This document shows positions 11,701 to 26,700 of a stretch of 64,000 nucleotides of DNA, in pieces (position 1 is the stretch's first letter; each line of letters starts with the position of its first letter). A program made the position numbers and the translations under genes. Source of the stretch: Fimbriosthenelais zetlandica (lineage: Eukaryota); NCBI GenBank assembly GCA_977030845.1, contig OZ365112.1, forward strand, positions 14,818,001 through 14,882,000. The letters run 5' to 3'. The notes under the pieces were generated by a model that had not been told where the DNA came from, did not search any database, and worked only from the letters and a program-made list of their open reading frames with translations.

Positions 11701-14700
11701 TTACTCCCTGAAGGCAGAAATGAACGATCTCTATTAGCCATGAACATCCCGTAGCCAGCCAATCAGCATCAGTCTTGTAAACACGTGATCTTTGTGTTGG
11801 GAGGAAGCAAAGCATTGCCTTGGGGACCAGCTCACAGGCACGTCCCTCAATCATTCATAATTAATTACAATCAATCAAAAGATTGTTTATTTCCTAATCT
11901 GAATGTTACATTCCATATCCAGACCATGTCAATCAGGTCCTAAGGGCATGGCATCCCAACGTTGGATACTGTTAAAACAGGACAGAACAGGGCAAGCATC
12001 AATTAAATGTACTCCATGTTGCTGATTGTCCTATCATGAATGCCATTTCTCAATTCCGACAGTTAATCACTGTTGGTTCCTCCTGGAATTGAAAGTCTAA
12101 TATTCCTTGCAAAATGGGATTGATCCGAAATCGACTGGCACATCCCATTAGAAATTCCATGCACTTCTTCAAAATTGAAAATGATGATCAGTAAAATATG
12201 AGAAACCTGAACTATTGCATCAGGGCTAGTGAAGATGATATTTTGGACTCATCATTTTTCTCATATCACCAGAGGGAATTAGCAATTCCCATAAGCAGCA
12301 AATATTATCCAATTAAGGACTGACAGCACTACACCACGCTTCCACAATTCTATACATCCTCCTCACTTCTTTCTTCTAGTTGATAATTAAGTATCTTGAA
12401 ATCAATGAGAGGAACCCGAGACAAGGTTCAAATTCCTTCCAACAAACCACCTATCATCAGTGACATGGATATATCACTGAGCTACTAATGCACTGGGCCC
12501 ATCCATTTTAATCAGACATAATTCTTCCCAATACTCGGATCCATTTTTCCCAACAGCAGTAAGACTTCCCTTCAACAGTCCATGAAGAAAAATGTCTCCA
12601 TCACTTCATTAAGGGAGGATATGACATATGAGTGTTTACTCTATGGGAGATTAATGACCTGTCCTTGAAAGTAAGAACTGGTTTCTTGTAATGACAGAAA
12701 AACTATAGATTTATAGTGGGCTACGTGTCCTCAACATTTGCTTTAATTGAATCGAATTTGCCTAATGGGAGATGCAAATGCACATTAGCTGTAAGTCGAG
12801 AAATCAGATTAGAAGTGGGCTTGTATCATGTTTCGTATCAGGGACTGCTCCCTTCAATCTAAAGCATAAATTTAATAAGGGTAAATGATATTTATAGGTA
12901 TTCTTTGTCATCTTCCATTGTCCTCTATGCAATATGAGGCATGGGGAACGTTGAGTGGTGGTCTCCTGTGGTTCTGGCAGACTATAGTGGAATGGGAGAT
13001 GATCTTGTCTGGCGGGAATATGTGTGCCACATCAATCTGATGGCCCCATCCACCTTTATAACATTCTGCCCACATGCCATGAGACCATGTCATCATCTCT
13101 GGCTAAAATACCTTACCAACCCAGCCCGCCATGCATATAACCGTAACATAGCCATAAAATTAATAGAGGAGGAGTGACCCAGCACAATGATGTTCATCCA
13201 GAGGCACTGAAAGCCACACAGGCATGAGCAGACTATATGCTATATGGCAGTATAGCTAACCATCATATCATCATCACCTAATATATATGTCCCTATTAGA
13301 TAACATAACTATGGCCTTATTGATTTTTCGGCTCAATGAATGGCATGATTACGCAGAGAGTGTAATGTGATTGGGGCATCATACATGCCAAACATTGCTT
13401 TAGATCTGATTTCAAGTCTTCCCTGACAGTAGATGGGAAAGAAAATTGACGTGATTTATTTTGGGTAAATGAATTCACGAACTTGAGAGGAGCTCGAGGC
13501 AGCTTCTACAAGTATAGGTCTAGTCTATCCTTGCTGAACAGTGCAAGCTAGTGATGTGAGTTGGCGTTCAAAATATCGTACAGCCTAGATCTTTTCGAGA
13601 TCCTTTAAGAGTAAAAATCTCAGCATTGCTTTAGAAAGAAGTCAGATTCCATCACGACTTCCACCTTTCAATGTCTCAATTTTTGCTCCTCGTCTCCATG
13701 CCACCGCAGTCGGACTTGACCGGCAGCTGCTTCACACTGCCACCGTATGTCATCACCATGGCGGCCGCTACAGGAAGCCTGCTCACTCCCTGATAAATTG
13801 TATTCCGCCACCAAAGGGAAATAGTTCCCGTGCGACAGGCGGTGTAGTGAGATGATTCTCAGAATGTGATTGTGAGCTAGGTGTGGAACTCCCGCCTGGA
13901 GAAATGCCTGCACCAAGAAGAAAGGGGACCAGTAATGGAGGCCTAAGGGTCAAAGGGGATGCTGAGATAAAAAGAGAGGTTTCTTAGTTGGATGAATGAG
14001 ACTAAATGTAATGAAAGCACACTTCCTTTGAACCCGTAATCCTTCCCTAGCTGAGGTTTAACTTTGAATTTTATAGATGGTATGGCCGTATTTCAAGCAT
14101 TTTTCTTTCTTTTCTTGAGATGACATTCATAAATGATGGCTATATACTAGACCCATATACTTTCGATTGTTAAGGAATAAACTAGGATTTATTTGATCAA
14201 ATCAGCCGAATATTTTTGGATCATGATCTAGGCTATATCACAGTTCCTCCAGCACAACATGCCATTTATATATAATCAAACACTTTAGATTTTGCCCAAA
14301 GCTTTTTCATTTAGGACGATTTTACCTGCAGTATAACATCAAACGTGAAGATTCAACACATCTCCAGCAGCAGCACCTTGCCTAGCAGGGTAGCTGTAAG
14401 CAGGCTAATGTTAAAACACGATGACGGTTGATAAAATGTCTTGCCTATATCATCAAGCAGTTTCTAATGACCATAGGAAGAGGAAAGCAGTGTTTTATAG
14501 CTTTCATACAGGCCATTGAAAGTATGACCATCCAACATCAGGCTTGTTCAAGACTAGGTGAAGATGAGATGTACTAAATCATAGAGGATGATAGTCCACT
14601 GGAAATGATGGCCTCAGGGAGGAGATTTTCACACAGCTTGGACCACTTTACCTTCCTACTATACAACATAACACATTTTTCCGTCTTGAAACTAATCATG

Positions 14701-17700
14701 CTTAAAGTAGATAGAACATGTGATACTTGACTACAGCAAGAGGTACCTGTGACCGATGGCAAGAGTGGTACGAGATTGAAGGAACCCAAATCAGCCGCCT
14801 TGAACCCAGCAATCAACCACATGCAGATTACAGCTACACGGAATCTTATCTCAGCAATAACTACGTGCGGATAAGGTAATGGTCAGACGCAATTGTGCCT
14901 ATCTGGTACGTATAGGATGGAAAAACAGATCCCAATTCAGCACAGGTTATTGCAAGTAGTATTATTTTGGGGCAAATTTAATCCGGAAGTGATGCAACTG
15001 TTTTTGCGATGGATACAAGTGCGATGGATACAGTGCCCAATTGAGAACAGCAAACATGCAGCAATCTCAGACTCTTCCTGGATTGCATAATTAATTTGCA
15101 TTATTATGGCAGCTCAAAATTCCCAATACACTCTAGGGCTATGTAATAATACTGGCAGAAATAAGGACATTAAAGCCTAGGCATTTATGTCATGTCCCAT
15201 TAGCCAATCTGACTACATTACTTGCAACACGCAGGGAGCTTCAATCACAAAAATCAGACAATAAGGGTAGATAGAACCTGCATCCATTCTTCAAAATGTA
15301 ACACTACGATCGGAATGAAACCAGTGATGAACTGGAAGTATGTCGGCTACTATTTAAGATTTCAGAAACTCAGATTTGAATGGCTCCTAGTATAGATGGA
15401 GAAATATCATCAAACATTGTCAATGGCACATATATACTTGCCATGGTTTCCAGATAATATGCAGGAAGATGCAGAGATAGATAATGGAAAATGTCTTACA
15501 CCGTCAGCTTGGTATCTTGGTGCTATCAATTAAAGTAGATAATTTGATTTATACAAGACAGTGATAATTAGGTCATCTGCTAACTGGCTAATTACTGGTT
15601 CCAGAGCATTGAGATATTACTGGCTTGTATTATTTGTCATTTTACCCCATCATTTCTACAATCACGAAAAAATAATGAGGCCAGTATTCATGAGTACCTC
15701 ACATGGTAACAAAAGCTGAGTGAGGCCAATTAAGAGAAGGAGTATGCTGCAGCGCTTTCCCTCTCCAATAAAAGTGATGGACTTTATGGTATACGGAGAG
15801 GTAATTAGTTGCAGCACAGCTTGGAAAAAGTGGAACAACGATAATGATAAATACCATTCATTCGAGTAACAACATTAGTATGATTAGTGATATATTTGTA
15901 ATAGTTTCCTTTTCCAAGAACAAGAACAAGATCCCAGGATGTGAGCTGTACTCAATCCTGAATGTTTTACCGGGCAAAATTGGCAGATGATCAATCGCAG
16001 GTCATTTGGAGTTCGAATCAGGCGGCTTTCTTATGTTTAAAATTCTTGATGGATGACGATATTGAAACTGTGAGCTGTTTTCCGACGAAAGACACGTGAA
16101 AAAAGAAATAAAGGACTACCGCAGGGTCAATAACCTTATAAATCTTTACCCTGATAACACAAGGTCCAGAAAGTAACAGGCTCTATTCCTTGGCATATAT
16201 TTAAACCAGGGGAAAACCTTGGAATGTTTGGAACGTTGAAGCAATCTTGTTTGGCAACTTGGGACATGTTTCTGTGCAGAATATCAACATTCAGCATTGA
16301 ATATAATACCAAGAGAGGACGCTTGATCAAGGCTCTGCTGCATTCATATTGCCTTTACAAAGCCTCCACTGCTGCTTCTCTACCTCCCTCTCTCCCTTCT
16401 CCTTCACAGGGGTCCATGGTGCCTGCTGTAAGTCACGGTTGCCATGGAGACTGGTGACAGGGTGAAGGACTGGACAAACATGTCTATACCAAGGTGGACA
16501 AAACCGTGGACCGTGAACACTGCCAACTGTGGACGGGAAATAAAACTCTCAAGACAGTCTGCTATGTTATAGAAAGTGTCTCCCATATCAACACTTAACT
16601 GATGCTGGGATCTCATTCATAATTTGGAAAAGAAGTGGAAGAGAAGTCTGCAGGATAGGTCCAGGGTATAAGACATGGAAATCATCAGGTAAAAAGTCAC
16701 CACAGACCAGAGCTCCATCATTGAATCTGGCCTGAACTCAAAAGAATAGGCTTATCTTAGGAGTGACTGATGCTCTACTGCTATTCTATCTTATAAGCTT
16801 TGCTTCCAGGTATCATTTTACATTTCGTCTCGAGGAATGATGGATCGGCTAGAATCTAACTGGTGCCCCATAAATAATTCATGTTTCATGATTTATTCCA
16901 AAAGCTGACATTATAAAGCCCAGTTTGAACCAAATTCCCTGCATGGTTTACAAGTTCAAAACCATTTTTCAGAGTCATACCGTCCTTGATTCATATGTCG
17001 TATTTGCCAGCAGATGCAATGATGAGTGTTTCACTGATGTATTACAGAAATGCTGGTGTGTTACATAAATCCTTTCAGAAATTCTTCCTTATATCAGATT
17101 AATTATGTGCATTAATGACCTCAATGAAAAATGTTAGAATGAAAGGCCATCTGATGAGCAATGAGTAACTTTAAATCCATCAATATATTTCATGAATATA
17201 AATTCTCACAAATTGCATACATTTCAATAAAATTGATATGGATGAATCCAAGAAATGCAGAATATTATTATTTCCACTTACTTTGTCATCTCTTCTTGTT
17301 GTGTGTCCTATAAAAAGAAAAAGAAATCTTAATATATAATTTCAGAGGAACAGGCGTAAAGTTTCAACACTTGTAAGCAAATTCTCTAAACTTGGAAATG
17401 GAACACAATCATGTAGAGATTGCTAACAAACATTTCCCTGTAGAATACAATGATTCACTACTATCCAAAATACGTGAATAGACATAGTGCAGCAACTGAA
17501 ATAGAAACCATTAACCGGACGTCATGATTGCTTAAATTGTGTCCCATGTCTGTCCTCTATACATATGTTGTCTACGGTGGCTTCACATCACATAAGACAA
17601 CACAGTGAGGCCATTAATGTGGACAGGGGCAGCCTCATTACATGGGCCCAGGCCATTTGTAGACTTCACTGACTAGAAATGACCAAAGATCTGTCCACAA

Positions 17701-20700
17701 AATCAGACCTTTCTCAATCCTGGTCGATGTATGGGCTGCTCAGCAGCAAACATGGTTAAGGGAGGAACCCTGTGAACTTTACTGTAACCAGTGAACATAA
17801 TATGCCTAATCTAGAAGCCAGGCAGGATCCTTCATTTAATTTTGTCCTGACTTCCCACTGCATTCATACATTGGGAAGATGAAAAGACAGGAGTTTGGCA
17901 GGATGTAGAGGACATTGAATCAGTGACAAGTGTGAGAGGGCATTTCAGCGTGGAAGGCCACGACGCACGTCATAACCGAAACTTGACCGTTGTTAAAGGT
18001 TCCCTTTACCCCCAAAGATCCCATTTGTCAATACTCAGAACAAAATATAGGCTCTCATCTCATCTCTCCCAACATGATGAGATCATTGTCCATCTCTTTA
18101 CGCTAAAAGACGGTGGATATGAGAAACTCAGTGATGAGGGGCAGAGTTAATGGGAGACTGAGCAACAGACCAGAGACTATCCCCTTCACAGGAAGTGTAG
18201 GTAGCGTGCAGTGTATTCTGGGTAACAATGGGTCAATATCCGGGTATTTACATGTGGCCAGCTATGTCAACAACCAAACCAGTTTCACCAAATTCAGGCT
18301 TATGGAGCAGGAAACCATTTGTCGATAATCCCATTTTGAGTGAACTCATGTTTAATGAAGATTCAGAACATTGTCAGAGAGAAAGTACAAATATCTATAG
18401 GTTTGGGGGTAACTAACTGATTGAACTATCACAGGCCTCATTTCAAACATATCATCCAGTGCAAGTAAAACCACTTAAAAATAATAATGCATTATGGAAA
18501 CACTGATGATGGCACTTTGATCTACCGCAAATGTAGTTCCCTTCATGTGTTACAGTAGACATGTTAATATTGTTAGTAGCTGATGAATCCATTCCACTGG
18601 ATAGACCCATATTACCAGCCAATCCTAGAGGTTCTCGCTCGAGAGCGCCCGCTATTATCTCGTTATGTCAGCCACACAATGTCCTAATACAGCATGGTAA
18701 CAAGGACATTGTCCTGGAGTACCATGTCACCAAGTTCCAGGGTGTTCAGATGATGCAACATGGACAATGGCACTTGGAATGCAAGGAGGTAATCTGTGAG
18801 AGGAAGAGAGGCAAAGTAGAGGTCTCTCGATAATTGGCTTTTTATATACTGTGGGTCCGTCAACTATCCTGGGAAATCAGAATGCTGTATATCCATTGAC
18901 AACACTATGGGCTTCTTCTGTTTATTTCTGTCATATGTCTACATGGAATCCCAAGACCAGCAAACTGTATTAGTATAGAATTTGATAATCATGGGAATTA
19001 AATGGTAGCCTTTTCATATTTGTTCAATGTTAATTCATTATAACCCTGCACCCAAATAGACATATAGGACTTTCAAATCGCTTTAAGCTATAACATTTTT
19101 TGTTTGAGATAAGTTATAAAGAGTACATTATAGAGTACATTATAACTGACATGGTGCGATAAGGAGAAGGTAGCTCACTAGTTCTAACGACTTTTGATCC
19201 GATTGTTGAGTGCATGCATGCATGCAGACAGAATCATGGGCTATACCTTTGAACAACAATGAGCCACCCTATAGGCAATGTCACTGGTTTTATTCAGCTA
19301 TCTATCATGTGGCCAGCCATTAGTGACATTGAGAGGCCTCAGCTAAGTGTCTACTTTCAATGCACTACTTGCGTTCAGCCTCTCACCAAGTGGCTTTTTC
19401 CTGCCTGCTCAGTAGCCTTCACCCTGAGTCAGTTCCTGGAGGACCCGACCCCTCCAACATGATACTTGCCTAACCCTGAACACAGCAACTTTAGATATAT
19501 AATTTCTCATGCACCTGACCCATCAGGGACTCCCAGATACCTACCAATCCATCATCATTGTCCACTTGATGAATTCTGATATAGCTCTACAGGAGAAGCC
19601 GGGCACAATGTCCATACCGTACTATAGAATCTATACTGTTTCATAATAAAACAAGCTTTGGTGAAAGTCATTATTTCAGAACTTCTTTCTAACCAATGAT
19701 CTAAGTGGCCTATATTAATATTGACGAAATTTAAAAGAATAGCTACAATCAATATATATACCGTTATTTGAACCATCGATAATTACATTATAGAGGTACT
19801 CATTCACTGAGTCCAACTATAGCCTCATTGTACTGAATGTTAATCAAATCTGTAGCGGAGTAGTACCAGAGAGCAGCTGTACGGGCTGTTGATTGATCTA
19901 CACCAGCATTTAAACTGACCCTGTGTCCCAGTCCACTTTTCATATACTACCTCAACATTCAGCACCAGAAGTTAGCAGCCCCAAGGCCACTAATAAAAGA
20001 CCACTGAGGCAATTCAATGTACGTGTTTTAGAATCATTTTGAATAGACCTTTAAGTGTCTGTGAACGAATATGGTATTAACTGAATGCTATTAAACTTAA
20101 AAGGCCATTTTGTAAATACAATAGGCTTGATTAAAAATCTCCTCAGAACTGACTCTCATCTGCTGGCCATGCCATTCTGTATAATGAGATCATGCACAGG
20201 TCAGTGAGACTACAGACTATATTAAAATTATGGATATAGCCTTATAGATCCTTAGATATAATAACCAGCCATCTTGATACCGCTCTCTATTCTTCTAGAC
20301 GCCACACCTTCTAGCCATATCCTGTCAACATAGTATATGACTGCAGGTGCTTTACAATGATAACCAGGTATAGGCTACAGACTGGCACGCCTTGTGCGTC
20401 CAGATGATCATCACACACTGTGCAGCAGGCAGGGGGCTGCATCCCGGAGGCTGGATAATTTCCTTGTGTGGTGTATCCGTGGGGGAGAGGACTGATGGGT
20501 GTGGGATAACGTGCAGCCCCAGGGAGGAAAAGCACCAAGCTATCATTACTGACTCAACATTGGTGCCATCAAGTCAGATCCTAAACAGGGATGAGTGTTT
20601 GGGGCTAATGTATAAGTCCCAGAGTTTGAATCATGTTAAATATGTTAAAAAGTATCTTGCCTGGGAACAGGGAAACAGAAAATAGGGATATATATACTAA

Positions 20701-23700
20701 ACATAAATTCAGCGCCCAGGGAGCCCTGTAGCTGCATGTGGTGCCTAGATATGGCGATGCATTGGGCTGAGTTGGGTTGATAGAGAAAGCATTGGGACTG
20801 GGTTCTGGATGTTGAGGAAGATAGAACCCGAGGCCTACACAGAGACAACTTCTCACATCGCCTCCTCACATCGATTCTAATGTATCTTCTCACGCCTTGA
20901 GACTCTCCTCTGGTCCCATTGGGGATGCTGCGAGCTGCACTTCAGGGTCCAAGTATTGCTCAGATCAATGGTGAATTGGGGGTTGTACATGTAGGGCATC
21001 CCCACATCAATAAAGTGATACAAAGTTAAATGCAGCTATAGATCGATGTACAGAGAGCACGGGTTCTGGGCCCAAAGCGAATCTATTAAGGGATGGATAA
21101 TACAATGTCTTATGGTAATGAAGTTTTTTTGCCCTCCAGACTTTATGTGTGCCATTTTTAACAGTGGTTATATGAGACTGGAAGAGGTCTCTTGCAGAGA
21201 GAGTGTCATAATCTGAGACATTTTAAAGCAATGCTCAGTCACAGACTTGACATCAAATAAATTTAGTTGGCGCATCAACGGTATGACTGTTACAGACCTT
21301 TCAGCAGTTGGCTCAGTCTAGCAATAGTCTGACCCGACAGGCCCGAATCTGTCACTGAGGTCATTACTGCAACCCACTGGCTCCAGAAGGGTCAGTCTGG
21401 TCAGTCAGAACACCCCCACTGTCTCACCATGGAAGAAAGACATTGTCTCTGCATCTACCAGCTGCCACTATGCACTACATATATAGCCAATATGTATATT
21501 ATTAAGGAACACAATAACAACAGAACATGCTTAGCATATACTTTTTGATATGTACATAACCCTCTCCAAAGTTCCTTCAAGGAACAGTAAACTGTTCTCC
21601 ATTGAAACGTCCATTATGTCTGAACCAGGTCATGTAACTCAACAACACTAAGCCAAATAATTCCCCTTAATTACATGTCATTAAAAACAGTTAATGAGGA
21701 AAATCTAATTAGACTTGGCACTGTAAGAGTTTGCCCCGACCCTAGCTATATTGACCCGCTAAAAGTGTGGCATTGAGATGTGGGTCGGGCGTATTATTGA
21801 CGCCCCTCAGCCCAAGGGCATCGTGGACAATGCAACAGGCAGGCTGCAATTGGAATCTAATTTCCATCGATCAACGCCATTGTTGGAGGTGTACTCACAA
21901 TTCTACAGTATTCTTTGACCTTCAAATGTGAGCCAATTTCTCATGATGAATGTGTCTTAATGGGAATCTTAGAAGAAATGATGTGAACTTGGCTCCATGC
22001 ATGCATGGTTTGCTCAATGAGTTCCCAGCTGAGGGCTTGCTAGCATTTTAGAGACAGGTGTCTATGACCTCACACATACCAATGATGTAACATTTACTTG
22101 TGTTTCTCTCTCGATAAACGGTCCTGAGAAGTTAGAAAGCACGATTTGACGCTTAGGTCACTATAGGAGATCTGTTTAAAATCTATTTAACTGTGGCCGT
22201 TGGTATGCTGCTGTTTTAAAACATCTGAACAGTTATCATGGTCTCACCTTAAAACATACACACATTGGACACTCCCTGTTTTCCAGGTTTTCTGGCACGG
22301 CTCCCCCAATCTCCGTACCTACAGCCCTGCTCCACACATACTTATTCAAAGACATGTCCCCTCTGAATGGACAATATGGTTGATAAATGGGCCCCGTGGA
22401 CAGCCTTTGAGATGGCCAGAGAGAATCTACCCCCGTATGTAAGAGCTATGACTTGGATAGATGAGGATTTAAGTCAACCCTTATAAATTCAATTTTGATT
22501 CATATGTCTAAAGCCATGGCAGTTTTAACCATGTTATAATAAGGTCTATATATAATGAATTGCTGCGAGTAACAAGTACCGATGATAGGAGCTCATACTC
22601 ATTTAATCCTATGGCTGATAAATATTCAATGACTTTCCATAGTCGAGTATTCATTAAGCGAAACAAGCAAGACAAAAAATAACACTTACGGATATGCCTC
22701 TTCAAATAAGAGGTATAAGTCCTTGTTCGTAAGAAGGAATATCAAGTATATCTAGAGATACTGCTCAAGATTGGCATTATTAAAGGCTAACATTCTTACC
22801 ATCGAGTATTCAATGGCCCATGAAAAAAGCTGTATTTATGGCACAGCGATATTATCTATACTACTGATTCTCCCCTGGGGTGATTCATAAAACTTACTAA
22901 TCCATTTTCCCCTTAGGGAGTAGGGTTACATTTTACCCAGTTTTATAACGCACCTTTTTTATGCCATCAGGTTTTTAGCTGTCTGCACGTGTATCTTTGA
23001 GGGGTTGAGGATGAGAGAAGAGGGAGGGGATATTCATGGCTCGAGATAGGAACCGCATGTTAGTGAATGGGATAGTCGATGGCAAGCTAAACTCTAATAA
23101 CTCACTGCAGCACTTAGCATGTTTGATGGGAGCTACTCTTATTAGAGGGCGCCAGATAAAATGTGTTTTCCTTGGGAATATGTCCCAAAGCAGGCGAGCA
23201 ATATAGGTAGGCAAAAGGTAATCAGGCTGAAAGGGAACTCTGATAAAGATGAAAGTGTGAGTAATAGAATACAAAGGGAACTTAAACGAGAGAGCTTTTC
23301 AGAAACCATCACATATTGGGCCTTGCACAAAAGCACAACTGCCTGCATGATCCTGGATATTATTCTACGGGCCCAGTCCTCGTACTCACCACTATAGAAG
23401 AACAAACTGCGATTTATGTCTATCCAATATTAGGATAGACTGACATAATACGATGCAATTACACCAAGCGAAAATATGTACAAATTCATGCAATAAAACC
23501 GTGACATCTCAGATGGTGTATTGCATAATTATTTTGAGGATTCAATAAGACTTGACCGCATAAATGACATCAATCATACCAAGAGATATTCATCCTTTCC
23601 ATTCATGTGCAGCAATTCATCTGAGATCCACATTGAATAATGTTGTTATTCATTCCATCCCATAGCTCAGTCTGGCCAATACCATCAAAGGGGGTATGGA

Positions 23701-26700
23701 TGCAATATAGGATGCAGTTATACCGTACAATACGCATGACATTCATCTTGGCATTTCATTTCCTCCTGCATTAAATCAATCATACAAATATCTGACCCAT
23801 ATTCTGACCCATATTATAAAAAGGTCGCTAATGACATTTCACAATGATTTGCCTTTACACACTATGCATTTAGTTATTGCTTCCAAAATTAATACGATAT
23901 TGTTTTAAAAGAATTTGTAGATGTTGCCCAATTAGCAAACAGTCAGTAAATTTCTCTTTACGTGATGAAATTAGTCCCGCATGGATCTAAGGATAGTGAC
24001 TTATCACATTTATTATGTATAACGGTTGTGTTTATAACCAAGGCCCAGATCAATATATTTCCACTTACGCAATGCCCACAGGTAATCGGGGATCATTTAT
24101 TATTCATTAATCTAATCGGCACTTAATTATTGGCAACTATAAGGCTGGAGTCTTCCAGCTAGACAGCATGTAAGTCAGTCACACTTCAAAGCCATTAAAT
24201 TGGCGTACTCATTGGCAATATAATATGTACCTCAAGTGAAGATTCTTTTAATTTGGACCAATTGTTATGCAACTTTGAATTTTAGTAACATATAAACAAA
24301 AAAATTGGAAAGGGAAATGAGCAAGGGAATAAATATTTAATGTTGTAGTGCACGCAGCTTAGTCTGGAGCAGCCTAATAGAAAAGACCAGCTTATAAAAT
24401 AGATACGTCACACAAACCATCCACACAGAAATAATTTCACATATTTTCATTTCGAAAATGTATAGAGAACTTTTATCTAGTTGGCAGCGTATGATGATGA
24501 GATACAACGTGAAAATTGCACTACGGTAACTACGGACCAGATCCATTTACTCGAGGCCGGAACCGGAACTAATGGACACCGGATATGGATGATCATCATG
24601 CCCTGCAGATTTGCATCTATCTGAGTGTAGTGTATTCACCAGGGCTGATTAATGAAGCCAACCTGTCTACTCATGCCCTGGATAGGATTTAGTAGAGCCA
24701 GAGAAAATAATGATGTTACCTAGGAACCGAGGTTTGAACTTTGGCATTCAGTTAACATATCAAACCATCATGACAGGGAAGATAGAACTGGGGAAATCAT
24801 AATGTTCCCCATTACTCAACTAGATCTAGAAGTTTGAACAACTCTAGATCAAAGACACATTATTGCCATACAAATCACAGCCCAAACACTCAGCAGTGCC
24901 TGCTAATATATGATCTCTGTTGCTGGGAAGCAATTTCCTGACCAGGGCCCCAATGTACCCGTATTCTCACTGAAAATTAATCGACTCAGACCTTCCTGAA
25001 TGTGGGAGGATTGCGATCATGACTGTCACTGTGAAATGGAACCTTTCCTCAAATTAATACTCCTAAATAGACACCTTGACAGCTTTGATGTCTTTTGCTG
25101 CAGTTATACTGACATTAAGGCTTATCAGGTTGAAGCAGGGCGGCATACAACAATGCCAGAACATCTATCAGGTGTTCCCACAATGTTAAGACACTTTGCT
25201 CCACCCAGCAGAAAATAATACCAAGTATGGTCATCCTCTTTAGAATTTAAACCCTACATTTTCGTTGCATTCAGAGTCAGGGAGAATCCATAATTATGTC
25301 TCTGAACCAAGCTGTAGCAGGGAGGCAATAAGGTTAATCTATCTGAAATGGAATAACCTTGATATTAGCCTAGCTTGAGCCATCGAAATTCAGCACGTAA
25401 CATTATATAGTGTAGATCATCCAGTAAAATTCATATTGATTCTCCTTTCAGGAAGAAATTACTTTAAGATTCTGTTCGCTTTTATTGAATGGCCATTTAT
25501 GAACTCAAACAATTTACAGAGTGAGATGGGGACGCTCAAGGACACGACATGCTTGTATAACGTGTCAGAAGATGAGCTAGCTGAGCCACCTGACATGGCG
25601 AAACAGGGAATCCATACTACATGATGACCTGCTGGAAACAAGGCAATGAATCAAACCAAGCAATTTATTCACAGTGAAGGACGCGTCGGTTAAGACCCCA
25701 ACTTGTCATGGCTTTGAGCAGATGTTGAGGAACTGCCCAGGAATATAGTGCCTTCCTTCCTTCTCCAATACCATACCCAAAAGAGTCAATTACGGAATCT
25801 CCAACGTGAAATAAATCTATTTAATAAAAAAAATATTGCTGAGGCAGAACATCATAATAGATCCTGTTTGCCATGCAGGAGCATGAAAAGCAATATCTTG
25901 AAAACCCGAGGATCAACGAAAAAGCAATAAAAAAAAAATAGGGCAGCTTTTGTGATGAAACCAAGGAACGAGGGTTGTGGTTTTCATAATCTTTTCTATA
26001 TTTGGTCCAGTAACATTGAATCATCCATCACAAGGAATAAAGTTGCCTGTCACATGAGCTGTGATAAAAACACACACAAAGTATTTCCTTTGTGGTCGAG
26101 TATGAGGAAGTCTGCATGCAGTATTCAGAGCCCACAATGAAAATGAACAATGATGGGAGCCACAACGAAACAATGACAGCAAATTGATGTGAGAAATCGA
26201 AGGGGGAGGGAAGAAATAAATGTATTCAAAGTGCGTCGTTCTCCATGGAGAGTTGTGGGACTGCTACAAAAAAACCATTAAATGGGCAGGTCTGCAGGCT
26301 CTGATTTATATTCAGATTATATATCACAGTGACAAATCTCTATGAAGTCACAGAACATGGTATTACTTTCTACAATTCCCTTGTTACACATTACAGGCCA
26401 CCCCAATATTGTAAAGTAATTTATGGGGAGCTTCCTTGCGCGAAAGGTCCGCGAATATGTCATGACGATTTATGGTCACAATCTCTTCTGGTCAGATACC
26501 ACCATGGTCCTTATGACCTTGACCCAGGAGCATTTAACCTTGACCTGTGGGATCAGGTTCCATGCTTGATGGCCGAAACGATTCAATTAACATGCAGCCC
26601 AAGTCTCCAGTCAAAATAGCATGGCAATAACAGCAGGCCATTATTCAAAGTGGGAACCATTTGTTTTGTTCTTCTTGCTTTGCTTTGTTTTAGACATAGA

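Noticed and set aside
12420-16200. B-box-like words (ggttcaaattcc 12425, gagttcgaatc 16010, ggctctattcc 16180) as tRNA genes or SINEs
   Set aside because: No matching A box or cloverleaf; at best very decayed SINE traces
20392-20560. PDZ-like peptide AAGRGLHPGGWIISLCGVSV
   Set aside because: Short resemblance only, lacks the invariant GD, no GLGF strand or supporting exons, and all nearby frames are open
20645-20720. QGSLGAEFMFSIY resembling the LINE RT motif QGSVLGPLLFSIY
   Set aside because: No YADD motif at the expected distance and no other RT motifs in any frame
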